Assembly (NCBI GenBank): GCA_963662545.2
Contig: CAXXLL010000002.1
Span: 768,001-832,000, forward strand
Direction of reading: 5' to 3'
Source of the DNA: Gammaproteobacteria bacterium
GTDB taxonomy: Bacteria > Pseudomonadota > Gammaproteobacteria > Ga0077536
DNA length: 64,000 nt
Shown piece by piece: positions 19,810 through 29,472 of the stretch; within the stretch, counting starts at the first letter, position 1; each line of letters opens with the position of its first letter. Position numbers and translations under genes: made by a program. The notes under the pieces were generated by a model, which did no database searches, was not told the origin of the DNA, and was given only the letters and a program-made list of their open reading frames with translations.

Positions 19810-20508
19810 TCACCCAGGTGTTACAAATTGGTGTTTACCAGCTGATTGATCGCCTTCGGCTGAATGCGCGCCCTCCAGCCGATAGGCATCTTCATCATCA
19901 TCCTCTTCTTCGAGTTCCCAGCTGTACTTCTTTTCCGGTGGTGCGGGATCAAGCTTGCGCAATGCGATCGCGCCGATAATACCGATGGCGGCACCGAAAA
20001 AGTGATATTCGAACGAGATTCCGGGTCGCCCGGGAAATATCCCCCAAATCATGCTGCCGTATAGAAAAAACACGATCATCGATAAGGCACTTGCACGACG
20101 ATCCCGCCGCAAGACGCCAATAGTAAAAACGAAAAACATCAATCCGAAAGTCAGCCCGCTCGCGCCGATGTGATAGGTCTCCCGTGCGTACAGCCAGACA
20201 CCAAGACCGCTGCCCACATAGATGGCCGGAATAATCAAGCGCGCGGCCCGCGGATAGCCGTACAGCGTACTGGCTCCCAGTATCAACAAGGCTGCTGTGT
20301 TGGTCATCAAATGCTCGAACGAACCATGGATAAGCGGTGCGAAAATAATTCCACGCAGTCCCTGGGGAGCCCGCGGATAAATACCGAAAGTTTTCAGTTC
20401 GATCCCCGTCCACCACTCCAACAATTTGATGAGCCATAACAACGCGATAAAACCCGTCGTCACGAACAGGGCCCGTTTGAACCGGACAGTGTCGGGATGG
20501 TTTTCCAT
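19810..20508 (-). CDS. Rhomboid-family intramembrane serine protease
   Basis: H...HLMTN, IGASG and a catalytic His in ISFEYHFFG. Confidence 0.88.
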   Translation of the reverse strand: MENHPDTVRFKRALFVTTGFIALLWLIKLLEWWTGIELKTFGIYPRAPQGLRGIIFAPLIHGSFEHLMTNTAALLILGASTLYGYPRAARLIIPAIYVGSGLGVWLYARETYHIGASGLTFGLMFFVFTIGVLRRDRRASALSMIVFFLYGSMIWGIFPGRPGISFEYHFFGAAIGIIGAIALRKLDPAPPEKKYSWELEEEDDDEDAYRLEGAHSAEGDQSAGKHQFVTPG

Positions 20509-20566
20509 GGTGAATCTCTCGTCTTCCGCTCGTTAACGCTGTGACCGCTAGGGGCACCGCGGTGAA

Positions 20567-21715
20567 TCAAGCGACGACATGAACCGAATATCTGCGGTCG
20601 CGCCGAAACGCATTGAGCTTGTCTTCGTCGATAGCCGCGGCCATACCGACTCCGTCGCTCAGCCAGAGCTCAAAATCGCGATATTCGGCTGGTTGCTGGC
20701 AAATGTCTTCGGCGAGCAAGAGCGGGCCCGCGAGTTCGCCGCCGAAAGGCAGATCGCGAAATGTTGCGCACAGTTGCATGTTCGCCGCCGTTCCGTAGGA
20801 CGATTCCAGAAATGTACCCATGTATAACGAAGTACCGGACGCCGAGGCGACATCGGCTATGGCGCGTGTCGCGCGTATACCCCCGCTTTTCATGATCTTC
20901 AGTGATACCGTTCCGCCGGCACGGCAGGCAGCGATCCGGAACATGTCCTGCATGGTACACAGGCCCTCGTCGAGCATGATTTCCGTTCTAAAACGCTGCG
21001 CGAGTCGTGATGCGCCGTCGTAATCCCAGCGCGACAGCGGTTGCTCGATAAGTTCGATGCCGGCGTCCTGCAGTCGCGCAATCGCCCGCATCGCAGTCGA
21101 TTCGTCCCACATTGCGTTCGGATCGACCCGCACACTCGCGCGGCCTTCGAGAGCAAGCGCGACCTTACAGGCTCGTGAGACATCCTCCTCGACCGGCAAG
21201 GCGCCCATCTTCAACTTGAACATCCGGTGCAGGCGTTGATCGAGCTTTTCCTCGGCCTCGGCGATCTCGAGGTCCGGGTCGCCCGTGGCCAATGGCCATG
21301 ACATCGGTAATGACTCGCGTACCTTGCCGCCCAGCAAGTTGTACACCGGCTGCTGGAGGACCTTGCCGATCAGATCGAGTAAGGCCATTTCGATCGCGGC
21401 CTTGGCGAAATGATTTCCGTAAACCACGCGATGCATGCAGTGCATCAGCTCATCGAGTCCGAACGCATCCTGGCCGACCAGTAATGGCGCCAGGTAGGTG
21501 TCGATTTGCACCTTGATCGATTCGACGCTCTCGCCACCCCACCACGGCCCGCACGGTGGCGTCGCTTCGCCAATTCCAACCGCGCCGTCGGAGCTCCGAA
21601 TCAATATGATAACGATGCTCTGCTTGCTAGTACCGAGCACCGAGAAACGCTGCTCGCGGCGCAGTGGCAGATCGATAATGACGGTATCGACGGCCTCGAT
21701 GCGGATCTCGTTCAT
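20567..21715 (-). CDS. catB: (Chloro)muconate cycloisomerase
   Basis: Enolase-superfamily KLKMG, VDPN, IEQP, LDE and LKIMKSGG motifs; context next to the dioxygenase and LysR genes. Confidence 0.85.
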   Translation of the reverse strand: MNEIRIEAVDTVIIDLPLRREQRFSVLGTSKQSIVIILIRSSDGAVGIGEATPPCGPWWGGESVESIKVQIDTYLAPLLVGQDAFGLDELMHCMHRVVYGNHFAKAAIEMALLDLIGKVLQQPVYNLLGGKVRESLPMSWPLATGDPDLEIAEAEEKLDQRLHRMFKLKMGALPVEEDVSRACKVALALEGRASVRVDPNAMWDESTAMRAIARLQDAGIELIEQPLSRWDYDGASRLAQRFRTEIMLDEGLCTMQDMFRIAACRAGGTVSLKIMKSGGIRATRAIADVASASGTSLYMGTFLESSYGTAANMQLCATFRDLPFGGELAGPLLLAEDICQQPAEYRDFELWLSDGVGMAAAIDEDKLNAFRRDRRYSVHVVA

Positions 21716-21859
21716 AGTTTCATGGCCTGGTTGTTGGATATGGGTGGCACCGGCCACGCCGACGCCTGCGGCGGCTAACTGGTCGGGTGCAGGGGCTGAT
21801 TTCGAGGTCAACATAATCCCGCGCCACGATTCTGTAAAATACCATCGAATGCCGTAGGC

Positions 21860-21876
21860 GATACCTTTTCGGTATC
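21860..21876. promoter_or_regulatory. CatR/ClcR-type LysR operator
   Basis: ATAC-N7-GTAT (GATACCTTTTCGGTATC) between the divergent cycloisomerase and LysR genes. Confidence 0.75.
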
Positions 21877-21940
21877 ATTCTTAATCGTCCCTTTAGAGCC
21901 TAAGGCGGCGCGCGGCGCAAGCGGGATGCCCTGCATCGAA

Positions 21941-23012
21941 ATGGAACTACGCCAATTACGTTATTTCGTGGCAGCTGCGTTATTTCGAGCTGCCGCCGGT
22001 AACATCGGTGCTGCGGCGCGTAAGCTCCACGTCTCGCAACCGCCCGTCACGCGGCAGATCCAGAAGCTCGAAGCCGAGATCGGTTGCGCGCTGCTGCTCC
22101 GCACGCCCAAGGGCGTCGAGCTTACCGCGGCCGGTAAGACTTTCCTCGGCGAGGCGCGGAGTATCCTCGCTCATACTGACCGCGCTGTTTCTCGCAGCCG
22201 CTTAGCGCACGACGGCGCGATTGGTGAACTCGACATCGCGTTCACGGGCTCGCCCATTTACATCACCATACCGAAGATTTTGCGTAACTTTCGGGCGCGC
22301 GCGCCGCGCGTCTCAATCGCCTTGCACAGGTTAGGGAATCTCTGAATAAGTCATGGTGCTTCTGAATTGTTCTTGAAATTGTGCAGATCAAGGCACGAAT
22401 CGCAGGCAATAGCGGGGACTATTGGCAAGGTTCGTAACGTAAGGCTCCGCGATTTCATGGGCAAGGCAGATGTGCCATGACTTATTCAGAGGTTCCTTAG
22501 GCAAGCAGGAACAGATCGATGCCTTGCGAGACGGCCGACTGCACGTGGGATTCGGACGCTTCTACCCAGACGAACCAGGCCTCGTCACGCAAGTCGTCGA
22601 ACTCGATGCCCCGGCGCTGGCTGTTGCCGCTAACGCGCCGTTCGTCGGCGAATCCATCCGCCTGCGCGAGCTGACAAACGAACCGCTTATCCTGTTCCCC
22701 GCTGCCGGGCGACCGAACTTCGCGGATTTGGTAGTGGCCTTATTCAAAAAGGCCAAGATCACGCCGCATGTCACACAGATCGCCGAAGATCTGGCTGCGG
22801 CGCTCGCCTTGACTGCGGCGGACATGGGCCGTTGCGTAGTACCTGCGTCCGTCGCCGAACTGGACTGGCCGGGGATCCGGTTTTTACGGATTGAGCAGGC
22901 AAAACCGACGATACCCGTTCATTGCATCTACCGCGCCCACGCACCTTCTCCCCTATTGAGCGCTTTCCTTGACGCGCTGACGGATTATCAGCAGAAGCGG
23001 GATCGCCGATAG
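21941..23012 (+). pseudogene. ClcR/CbnR-like LysR regulator interrupted by a 162-bp MITE
   Basis: HTH GNIGAAARKLHVSQPPVTRQI. Removing the MITE plus one TTAG restores the frame HRLG-KQEQIDAL. Confidence 0.9.
22335..22496 (+). mobile_element. 162-bp MITE copy 1 (IS5-like ends, TSD TTAG)
   Basis: TIR GGAA(T/C)CTCTGAATAAGTCATGG; TTAG at 22331-22334 and 22497-22500. Confidence 0.92.
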
Positions 23013-23024
23013 CTTTTCGGTATC
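23008..23024. promoter_or_regulatory. Second LysR operator upstream of the dioxygenase
   Basis: GATAGCTTTTCGGTATC, 16/17 identical to 21860-21876. Confidence 0.65.
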
Positions 23025-23131
23025 GTACCTACGGTCAAAAGGTATTAGATCGTATGATGAAATTCGGCTAGCGTAGCGTCTCTGGGTCCGGCTTCGTGCC
23101 GGTCCTAGAAAGCGGGAATAAGGAGGCTGCC

Positions 23132-23884
23132 ATGATGCCAAATAAGCGTGTGGACAAAATTGCCAGCGATATCGTCGATGCCGTGCGCAGTGTGCTCGAG
23201 AAGCACGAGGTCACTTTCGACGAATACCGCGCCGGGTTTCGTCACTTGATCGAAACCCAGCAGGCCGGCGAGTTCCCACTCCTGATCGACGCGTTTTTCA
23301 ACACCACGATCTGCAAGATAGAGAACGCCCGCCGCAAAGGGTCCACCGGAACACTTGAAGGGCCTTACTTTCTTGAAGACGCGCCATTGGTCACTGGCGA
23401 GATCAAATCCTTCGAAGATGACGATGGCACGCCCATGATTTTGCGCGGCAAGGTCACCGACCTCGGGGGTGAACCGATTGCACACGCGACGATTGATATT
23501 TGGCATTCGACGCCGGACGGGCGTTACAGCGGTTTCCACGACAATATTCCAAATGAGTATTACCGTGGCAAAGTGCGCTCCGGTACTGACGGCGGCTACG
23601 AGGTGCGCAGTACGGTTCCGGTGCCCTACCGCATCCCCGACCAGGGTCCTGTCGGAGCGCTCTTGATCGCGATGGGGCGCCACTCGTGGCGTCCGGCCCA
23701 CGTGCATTACAAGATCCGCAAAGAAGGCTTCGAAACGCTGACTACTCAAAGCTACTTCGAAGGCGACGAATGGGTCTCGAGCGATTGCTGCGAAGGCGTC
23801 TATTCAGACCTCATTCTCGCAGAGAAGATTGAAGACGGCGCGCGCGTCATGAGTGTCGATTTCGTGCTCGATGCCGCGACCTGA
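23132..23884 (+). CDS. clcA: Intradiol dioxygenase, chlorocatechol 1,2-dioxygenase type
   Basis: EGPYF, WHSTPDG.YSG, WRPAHVH and SDCC motifs; ~250 aa; AAGGAGG RBS. Confidence 0.8.
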   Translation: MMPNKRVDKIASDIVDAVRSVLEKHEVTFDEYRAGFRHLIETQQAGEFPLLIDAFFNTTICKIENARRKGSTGTLEGPYFLEDAPLVTGEIKSFEDDDGTPMILRGKVTDLGGEPIAHATIDIWHSTPDGRYSGFHDNIPNEYYRGKVRSGTDGGYEVRSTVPVPYRIPDQGPVGALLIAMGRHSWRPAHVHYKIRKEGFETLTTQSYFEGDEWVSSDCCEGVYSDLILAEKIEDGARVMSVDFVLDAAT

Positions 23885-23901
23885 GCCGGCCGTACGCAGA
23901 C

Positions 23902-24606
23902 ATGTGTCACGGCGAAAAATCACCGGCTTTTCCGGATCCTGGTGCCGCCTCACCCTATTCTAAAGATATCCAGGCGATGGTTTTCGGGTCACCGGACGCC
24001 GCCCGTCAGATCGCGATCCTGCCCGACATTTTCGGCTGTAACCCGTTCTACCAGGGTTTCGCTACCTACCTCGCGGCGCGCGGCGCGCGGGTTTATCTCA
24101 TCGACACTTTCGCCGGCCTGGGCGATCTCCCTAAAGCGACCCGGGAGGCCGCTTTCGAGCGTCGGCACACGCTTAGGGATCGCGATTTTGTAGACGCGTT
24201 CGAGGACTTTATTCTCGCCGAAAAGCTCGATGGCGTCATTGGTTTTTGCCTCGGCGGCCTGTACGTATTCGAGCTTGCACGCCGCAATATTGCCAGCGCG
24301 CTGGTGGCGTTCTCCCCATTTCCGCAGGGACTCGAAAATCAGGACGCGCTCGACGTGCCGTTCGACTACCTGCCGAATGTTGATACACCGCATACGGTGT
24401 TGATCGGCGATGCCGACGGTTCCGTCGGTCCGGAGGACATCGCGCGCTTGCGTAACATTGCCGCCGATAATTCGGCTGTCGATCTACACGTGTACGAGAC
24501 TTCCGGCCACGGTTTTCTCGCCGACCTCGCGGCCGACGATGGTCTCAAATGCAGTAACGCCAAACAGGCTCTCGCCCGCTGCGAAGCGGTCCTGGGGCTT
24601 GCCTAA
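23902..24606 (+). CDS. Dienelactone hydrolase family protein
   Basis: GFCLGG nucleophile elbow; GHGF catalytic His. Confidence 0.85.
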   Translation: MCHGEKSPAFPDPGAASPYSKDIQAMVFGSPDAARQIAILPDIFGCNPFYQGFATYLAARGARVYLIDTFAGLGDLPKATREAAFERRHTLRDRDFVDAFEDFILAEKLDGVIGFCLGGLYVFELARRNIASALVAFSPFPQGLENQDALDVPFDYLPNVDTPHTVLIGDADGSVGPEDIARLRNIAADNSAVDLHVYETSGHGFLADLAADDGLKCSNAKQALARCEAVLGLA

Positions 24607-24768
24607 GGAACCTCTGAATAAGTCATGGCACATCTGCCTTGCCCCTGAAATCGCGTAGCTCCGCGTTACGAAGCTTGCCAATAGTCCCCGCTATGGCCTG
24701 CGCTTCGTGCCTTGATCTACGCAATTTCATGAACAATTCAGAAGCACCATGACTTATTCAGAGGTTCC
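24607..24768 (-). mobile_element. 162-bp MITE copy 2 (TSD CTAA), inverted relative to copy 1
   Basis: Perfect 22-bp TIRs; CTAA at 24603-24606 and 24769-24772, at the hydrolase stop codon. Confidence 0.92.
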
Positions 24769-24886
24769 CTAAGCGTGGGCGCCACTATTGGTCAGTGTGA
24801 CGATGCTTCGACGCCTTCTAAGGCTGGAAGCTCGAGGCTAAGCGGATTTCGACATTCCTTTTGCGTTTTGATTAGGGAGACTTTGC

Positions 24887-25471
24887 ATGTTTAGAACGAA
24901 TTTCAATAAGCTCAATACGATCGCGATGAGTTTCGTCCTCGCACTTTCAATTTCCGCCAGCGCGTTCGCTGCGGACTTCAAGGTTGATAGCAGCCACGCC
25001 TTCATCCAGTTCGAGATATCACACCTCGGCTTCAGTACCTTGGCTGGACGCTTCAACGATTTCGAAGGGAACTTCAGCTGGGACGAGTCAAACCCCGCAA
25101 GCGCTGCCATCGAAGTAACGGTAAAAACCGCCAGCATTGACAGCAATTGGGCTGAACGCGACAAGCACCTTCGCGGGGGGGATTTTCTCGATGTCGAAAA
25201 ATTTCCAACCGCGGGATTTAAAGGTACCAAATTCACGGGCGATGCCTCCGGCGGCAAAATGGACGGAACCTTGAGTCTGCACGGCGTCACCAAGCCGATC
25301 ACGCTCGACGTCAAATTCATCGGCGCAGGCGATGATCCCTGGGGTGGTTATCGCGCAGGTTTTTCCGCCACCACGGCCTTGAACCGTGGCGATTTCGGTA
25401 TTTCCTACGAGCTCGGACCGGCCGCGGAATCGATGAAGTTCGAACTGTTCGTCGAGGGGATACGACAGTAA
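24887..25471 (+). CDS. YceI-family protein
   Basis: Signal peptide; HLGFS..GRF, RDKHLR..DF and DPWGG.RAGF motifs. Confidence 0.9.
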   Translation: MFRTNFNKLNTIAMSFVLALSISASAFAADFKVDSSHAFIQFEISHLGFSTLAGRFNDFEGNFSWDESNPASAAIEVTVKTASIDSNWAERDKHLRGGDFLDVEKFPTAGFKGTKFTGDASGGKMDGTLSLHGVTKPITLDVKFIGAGDDPWGGYRAGFSATTALNRGDFGISYELGPAAESMKFELFVEGIRQ

Positions 25472-25537
25472 TCACGACGAAGGATCGCATCGGGAAACGC
25501 TGCCTGCCTTTCCCGGTGCGCCGTGCGAAACGAAGAA

Positions 25538-25559
25538 TTGCCCGCAAGCGGGCTCCTAC
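25538..25559 (-). repeat. GTAG-family REP singlet
   Basis: Minus strand reads GTAGGA-GCCCGC-TT-GCGGGC-AA, between convergent genes. Confidence 0.7.
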
Positions 25560-25628
25560 GGGTGCTTGCCAGCAAGCGAACCGTGCGTGAAAACGACGTA
25601 CAGGTTTAGTGCATAGTTGCGGGGCAAC

Positions 25629-26018
25629 TCAGACGGCTCTTCGTCCGGTGTGTGAAGAGGTTACGGTTATCTCGCACCCACTGGGATCGACGATGGTGAA
25701 CCAGTTGTGAATGTTGCCTTCTTCGATTGCGGAGGGTTCCATCCCTGCATCGCCATAGTGCTTCCGGGCGACTTCTACATCGTCAACCATTAGATCGAAG
25801 GGCGCTTTGCTGCCTGGTGCAATGCTCTCGTCGGCAGGTTTCACAATCAGGTGGGTGCCGCCCCGCAACTCCAATACCGCGAAATTCTCGGACGCAAAGA
25901 TAGAGCGAAGCCCCAGTTTGATCAGAAAATCGGTTGACTCTCCAACCTTATTGGTGTGGAAGCTCACGTGCCCGATTGCAACTGGGGGACGGTCGTCTTC
26001 TGACTCGGTATTGCGCAT
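25629..26018 (-). CDS. VOC/glyoxalase-family protein
   Basis: IGHV, LELRGGTHL, FDLMVDD and DPSG motifs. Confidence 0.8.
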   Translation of the reverse strand: MRNTESEDDRPPVAIGHVSFHTNKVGESTDFLIKLGLRSIFASENFAVLELRGGTHLIVKPADESIAPGSKAPFDLMVDDVEVARKHYGDAGMEPSAIEEGNIHNWFTIVDPSGCEITVTSSHTGRRAV

Positions 26019-26140
26019 GGAAAGGCTCCGGGATGGGGAGAAGGGTTCTGCTATTTCAGCGTGATCTGCCGATTCAATTCTTGTGGGCGAGTCTAGTTGC
26101 GGGTGAATAGACGGGCAAGTTTAAGGGGGAACGACAATCA

Positions 26141-26656
26141 TCAATTCCGCGAGACGATAACCCAATATTGAACTTTGGGACCTTTGTTATCAGCGGGCGG
26201 AGGCAGATCGTATTTTTCCACATAGGCCAGTTTAACGGCCGCAAGCGTTTCTTCATCGGAAAAGTCCGCCGCGGCGACGTCATATAACTTGTCGGCGATC
26301 TTGAGGCGAACGTCGTGATTTTTGTAGAGCCAACCCGGCCAGTTCTTGGTTTCCGGATCCCGTGCGGCTATGTAAAGATTGCCGTCAACATGCGCACACC
26401 AGATCGTCACCGAGTGCGGAATGAAGTATGGCGTTGAAACCTCCACATACACTTCCTGAAAGTCATCGGTAAAAGCCCAATCTTGCGGTAAGGGTTCAAC
26501 GACATCGCCGCGCAGCCATTGACCCGGTGTCGGGCCGTTGGGCTCACAAGCGGCAACCACAATCGCCGTTATCAAGATTGCGAAACATCTCGCAAAGTAC
26601 CTAAACCTGTTCGAATCCGTCCACCGAAAAATATTTCTTTTCCGATCTTGCGTCAT
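26141..26656 (-). CDS. Hypothetical lipoprotein (DUF2255/PNPOx-like)
   Basis: VVAAC lipobox; PHSVTIW...LYI...W...VRLKI pattern. Confidence 0.6.
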   Translation of the reverse strand: MTQDRKRNIFRWTDSNRFRYFARCFAILITAIVVAACEPNGPTPGQWLRGDVVEPLPQDWAFTDDFQEVYVEVSTPYFIPHSVTIWCAHVDGNLYIAARDPETKNWPGWLYKNHDVRLKIADKLYDVAAADFSDEETLAAVKLAYVEKYDLPPPADNKGPKVQYWVIVSRN

Positions 26657-26706
26657 TTAAGATTTCCCCGCATTTCGAAAAAGGCGCCAAGGCCATTTTC
26701 TCTATA

Positions 26707-26762
26707 CTAGAACCTATCTCAAAATTATTCGCGTATGCGAATAATTTTGAGATAGGTTCTAG
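26707..26762. repeat. 56-bp perfect palindrome with CTAG ends (mini-MITE-like)
   Basis: CTAGAACCTATCTCAAAATTATTCGC-GTAT-GCGAATAATTTTGAGATAGGTTCTAG. Confidence 0.85.
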
Positions 26763-26873
26763 ACTAATTGGATCACTCTGACTGCAAATATCCCGGCCTA
26801 AGGGCGTAACTGCTTTCTTGCAGTTACACTGGTATCTCGTTCGGGAAGAAGCCCACTGGGAGGTACAACACTT

Positions 26874-28148
26874 ATGGCGTTATTCAACACGAGCGAGATT
26901 GAAACGTCGTCCGCGCGCTACTTGCGTGGGAAGTACGCTATCTGTGGCATCGGAGAAACGACCTATCGACGCGGGTCTGACCAGACCACCCGCTCACTCG
27001 CGAGCTGGGCAGTGAGTAACGCAATTATCGATGCCGGTATGACCGCTGCCGACATCGACGGCATGTTGAGCTATTCGGGCAACGACTCGACATTTGCGCC
27101 GCACATTGCGACCGATCTGGGTATTCGCCTGAATTTTTATACCGATATCCATGGCGGTGGGTCGTCGACCGAGTGTCTGATCGGCATCGCGATGGGCGTT
27201 ATCGAAGCCGGCATGTGCAACACCGTCGCTATCTATCGTGCGATGAACGGCTACTCGCAGGTACGCATCGGCGGCACCGGCGCCCGCTCGGCGGCGCCGA
27301 TAATCGGCGATCAGATCCATTACCGGGCCTACGGCTGGCAGAGCGCCGGCCAGCTTTTCGCGCCGTGTTTCATGCGCCACATGTACGAATACGGCACGAC
27401 GCCCGAACAGGTCGCAGCGGTCAAAGTGGCGCACAGCAAGCATGCCTCGAACAATCCCAAGGCGTACTACAGAAAACGTTATACCGTGGACGACGTGGTC
27501 AATTCACGCGTCATCTGCAAACCTCTTCATTTACTCGACTGTTGTGTTGAAACTGACAACGCGACCTGCATTATCGTGTCGCGACTCGATCGAGCACGCG
27601 ATTGCCCCAGCCCTCCCGCGGTTATTCAGTCTGTCGCTGGCCGCGTGTGTAAACCGAAAGGCGATATCCATCTGCACTATCAGACGGGTCCCATCGCGAC
27701 GGCTGCCGGTCATTACGCCCGGAAAATACTGTGGCCGAACGCGGGCGTTGAACCCGAGGACATCGACGTCACGGGCTCTTACGATGCCTTTACCTTCACC
27801 GCCATGTTGCAATTGGAAGACTATGGATTTTGCGCTAAAGGGGAGGGTGGCGAGTATGTTTCGAATGGCACGATCGAGCTCGGTGGCAAGCGACCCAACA
27901 ACACTGCCGGCGGCCATCTCTGCGAGGGGTACACGCACGGTATGAGTATGGTGATCGAAAACGTGCGCCAGTTACGCGGCGATGCCGATGACTCCTGTTC
28001 AATCGGCGCGGACGGAGTCCGGCAGCACACCTATGATTATGCGGAGGGCCGGTGTCGCCAGGTTAAAAATGCCGAACTCACCGCGAACCTTGGTTGGGCC
28101 CACCCCGGCGCCGGCAGCGCCATGGTGATGGCCAAAGATCACAGATGA
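26874..28148 (+). CDS. SCP-x/Ltp2-type thiolase-like protein
   Basis: ICGIGET, PLHLLDCCVETD, YDAFT and NTAGGHLCEGY motifs. Confidence 0.85.
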   Translation: MALFNTSEIETSSARYLRGKYAICGIGETTYRRGSDQTTRSLASWAVSNAIIDAGMTAADIDGMLSYSGNDSTFAPHIATDLGIRLNFYTDIHGGGSSTECLIGIAMGVIEAGMCNTVAIYRAMNGYSQVRIGGTGARSAAPIIGDQIHYRAYGWQSAGQLFAPCFMRHMYEYGTTPEQVAAVKVAHSKHASNNPKAYYRKRYTVDDVVNSRVICKPLHLLDCCVETDNATCIIVSRLDRARDCPSPPAVIQSVAGRVCKPKGDIHLHYQTGPIATAAGHYARKILWPNAGVEPEDIDVTGSYDAFTFTAMLQLEDYGFCAKGEGGEYVSNGTIELGGKRPNNTAGGHLCEGYTHGMSMVIENVRQLRGDADDSCSIGADGVRQHTYDYAEGRCRQVKNAELTANLGWAHPGAGSAMVMAKDHR

Positions 28149-28681
28149 AAAAAACGTCGATGCCCGTTCAAGGCGAATACATGGGAATGATGCTGACCAT
28201 CGATGATCTCGACAGCGAAAATCGTGAATTTTTCAACTATTGCCGAGCGGGAGAATTTCGCCTCCAACGAGGTAAGAAAAGCGGCCTGTTGCGCTACCCG
28301 CCAACGACAGCCTGTCCGTGGACCAGCGACCGCGAATTCGAATGGGTAGCGGTCGAAGGAAAGGGTACGGTGCATTCCTACGGCGAAGTACACCATGCCA
28401 TTCAACCCGCGTTTAAGGCGAAGGTTCCCTACATGATCCTGCTGGTCGATCTGGACACGCAAAAAGGACAGCCTAGTGAACACGAGGCACTCAGGATCGG
28501 CGGCAATCTGGTGATGCCGGATGGCAGCTTTGCGCCACTTGAACAGATCCGCAGGGTCGGTATTGGCACGCGCGTACGCATGGTCCTGGTTGACATCGAA
28601 CGGGGTATGGCCCTGCCGCAGTGGACCATCGACGAAGACGCGGAACAGCCTGAAAATCCGTGGCGCTATCCGCAAGAATAA
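28145..28681 (+). CDS. DUF35/OB-fold protein (ChsH2-like)
   Basis: ATGA overlap with the thiolase-like gene; GKGTVHSY and PY..LVDL motifs. Confidence 0.8.
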   Translation: MKKTSMPVQGEYMGMMLTIDDLDSENREFFNYCRAGEFRLQRGKKSGLLRYPPTTACPWTSDREFEWVAVEGKGTVHSYGEVHHAIQPAFKAKVPYMILLVDLDTQKGQPSEHEALRIGGNLVMPDGSFAPLEQIRRVGIGTRVRMVLVDIERGMALPQWTIDEDAEQPENPWRYPQE

Positions 28682-28734
28682 GTGTGATAAGGAGTTGGAG
28701 ATTTAGGGGGCTTGCCCCACGAACGCCGCGAGGC

Positions 28735-29472
28735 TCAGGCTCGATGCTTGCCGTCGCGAACCGCCAAGATGAAGTACAGTTCCCACTGCATGCCGATTTG
28801 TTTGTCCTGCGCGCGCAGCCCGAGATGTTGCTCGATCGCGTCAGCAACCTCGCTGACGTCGATCTCCCGGATATCGAATAGCAGATGGCAAAAAGCTCCC
28901 ATCTCGGAACGATCCGCGAAGCACCATTCGTAGCGCACTCTCTCGGCGCGGTCGATCGAGAATCCGCTGGCCTTCAAATCTTCCAGGGTTTGCTCATTTA
29001 AGTATTCGCCACGATGGCCGGTGCTGTTATGGCGTCCGACGAAGTCGTCCAAAAATCGCGCCACGCTTGAATCCGCGTGCACATCAGCCAGCATCAAACG
29101 CCCGCCGGGTCTCAGTACCCGGTGCAATTCGCCAAACAAAGGCGGCTTGTCGCTCAGGTGATGAACACCGGCGATGCTGATCGCGGCGTGGGCAAATCCG
29201 TCTGCATAGGGTAAGGGCAGCAGGCTTTGATTCAGAGTCGTGGCACCCGCGCCAAAGCTCGCGCAGGGTTCATGACCGAACCACTGACACGCGGCAGGCA
29301 CGTACTTTCGCATATATCCGCCGCCCGCCGGCACGTCCAGGACCTTCTCGCCGGCCTGCAGCGCGGCCCACCGCAGCGGCAGGATAAAGTCATTGCGCCG
29401 GACCTCGGGCCAGCGTTTCATGGCCTCGTGATAGGAACCGCCGCGCTCCTGGAAAATGTCTTCGTAGTTCAT
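28735..29472 (-). CDS. Class I SAM-dependent methyltransferase
   Basis: VLDVPAGGGY, HH and RVLRPGG motifs. Confidence 0.85.
   Translation of the reverse strand: MNYEDIFQERGGSYHEAMKRWPEVRRNDFILPLRWAALQAGEKVLDVPAGGGYMRKYVPAACQWFGHEPCASFGAGATTLNQSLLPLPYADGFAHAAISIAGVHHLSDKPPLFGELHRVLRPGGRLMLADVHADSSVARFLDDFVGRHNSTGHRGEYLNEQTLEDLKASGFSIDRAERVRYEWCFADRSEMGAFCHLLFDIREIDVSEVADAIEQHLGLRAQDKQIGMQWELYFILAVRDGKHRA

Noticed and set aside
22335-24768. Composite transposon carrying the dioxygenase and hydrolase between two MITEs
   Set aside because: Each MITE has its own TSD, and the regulator gene is continuous across copy 1, so the insertions were independent.
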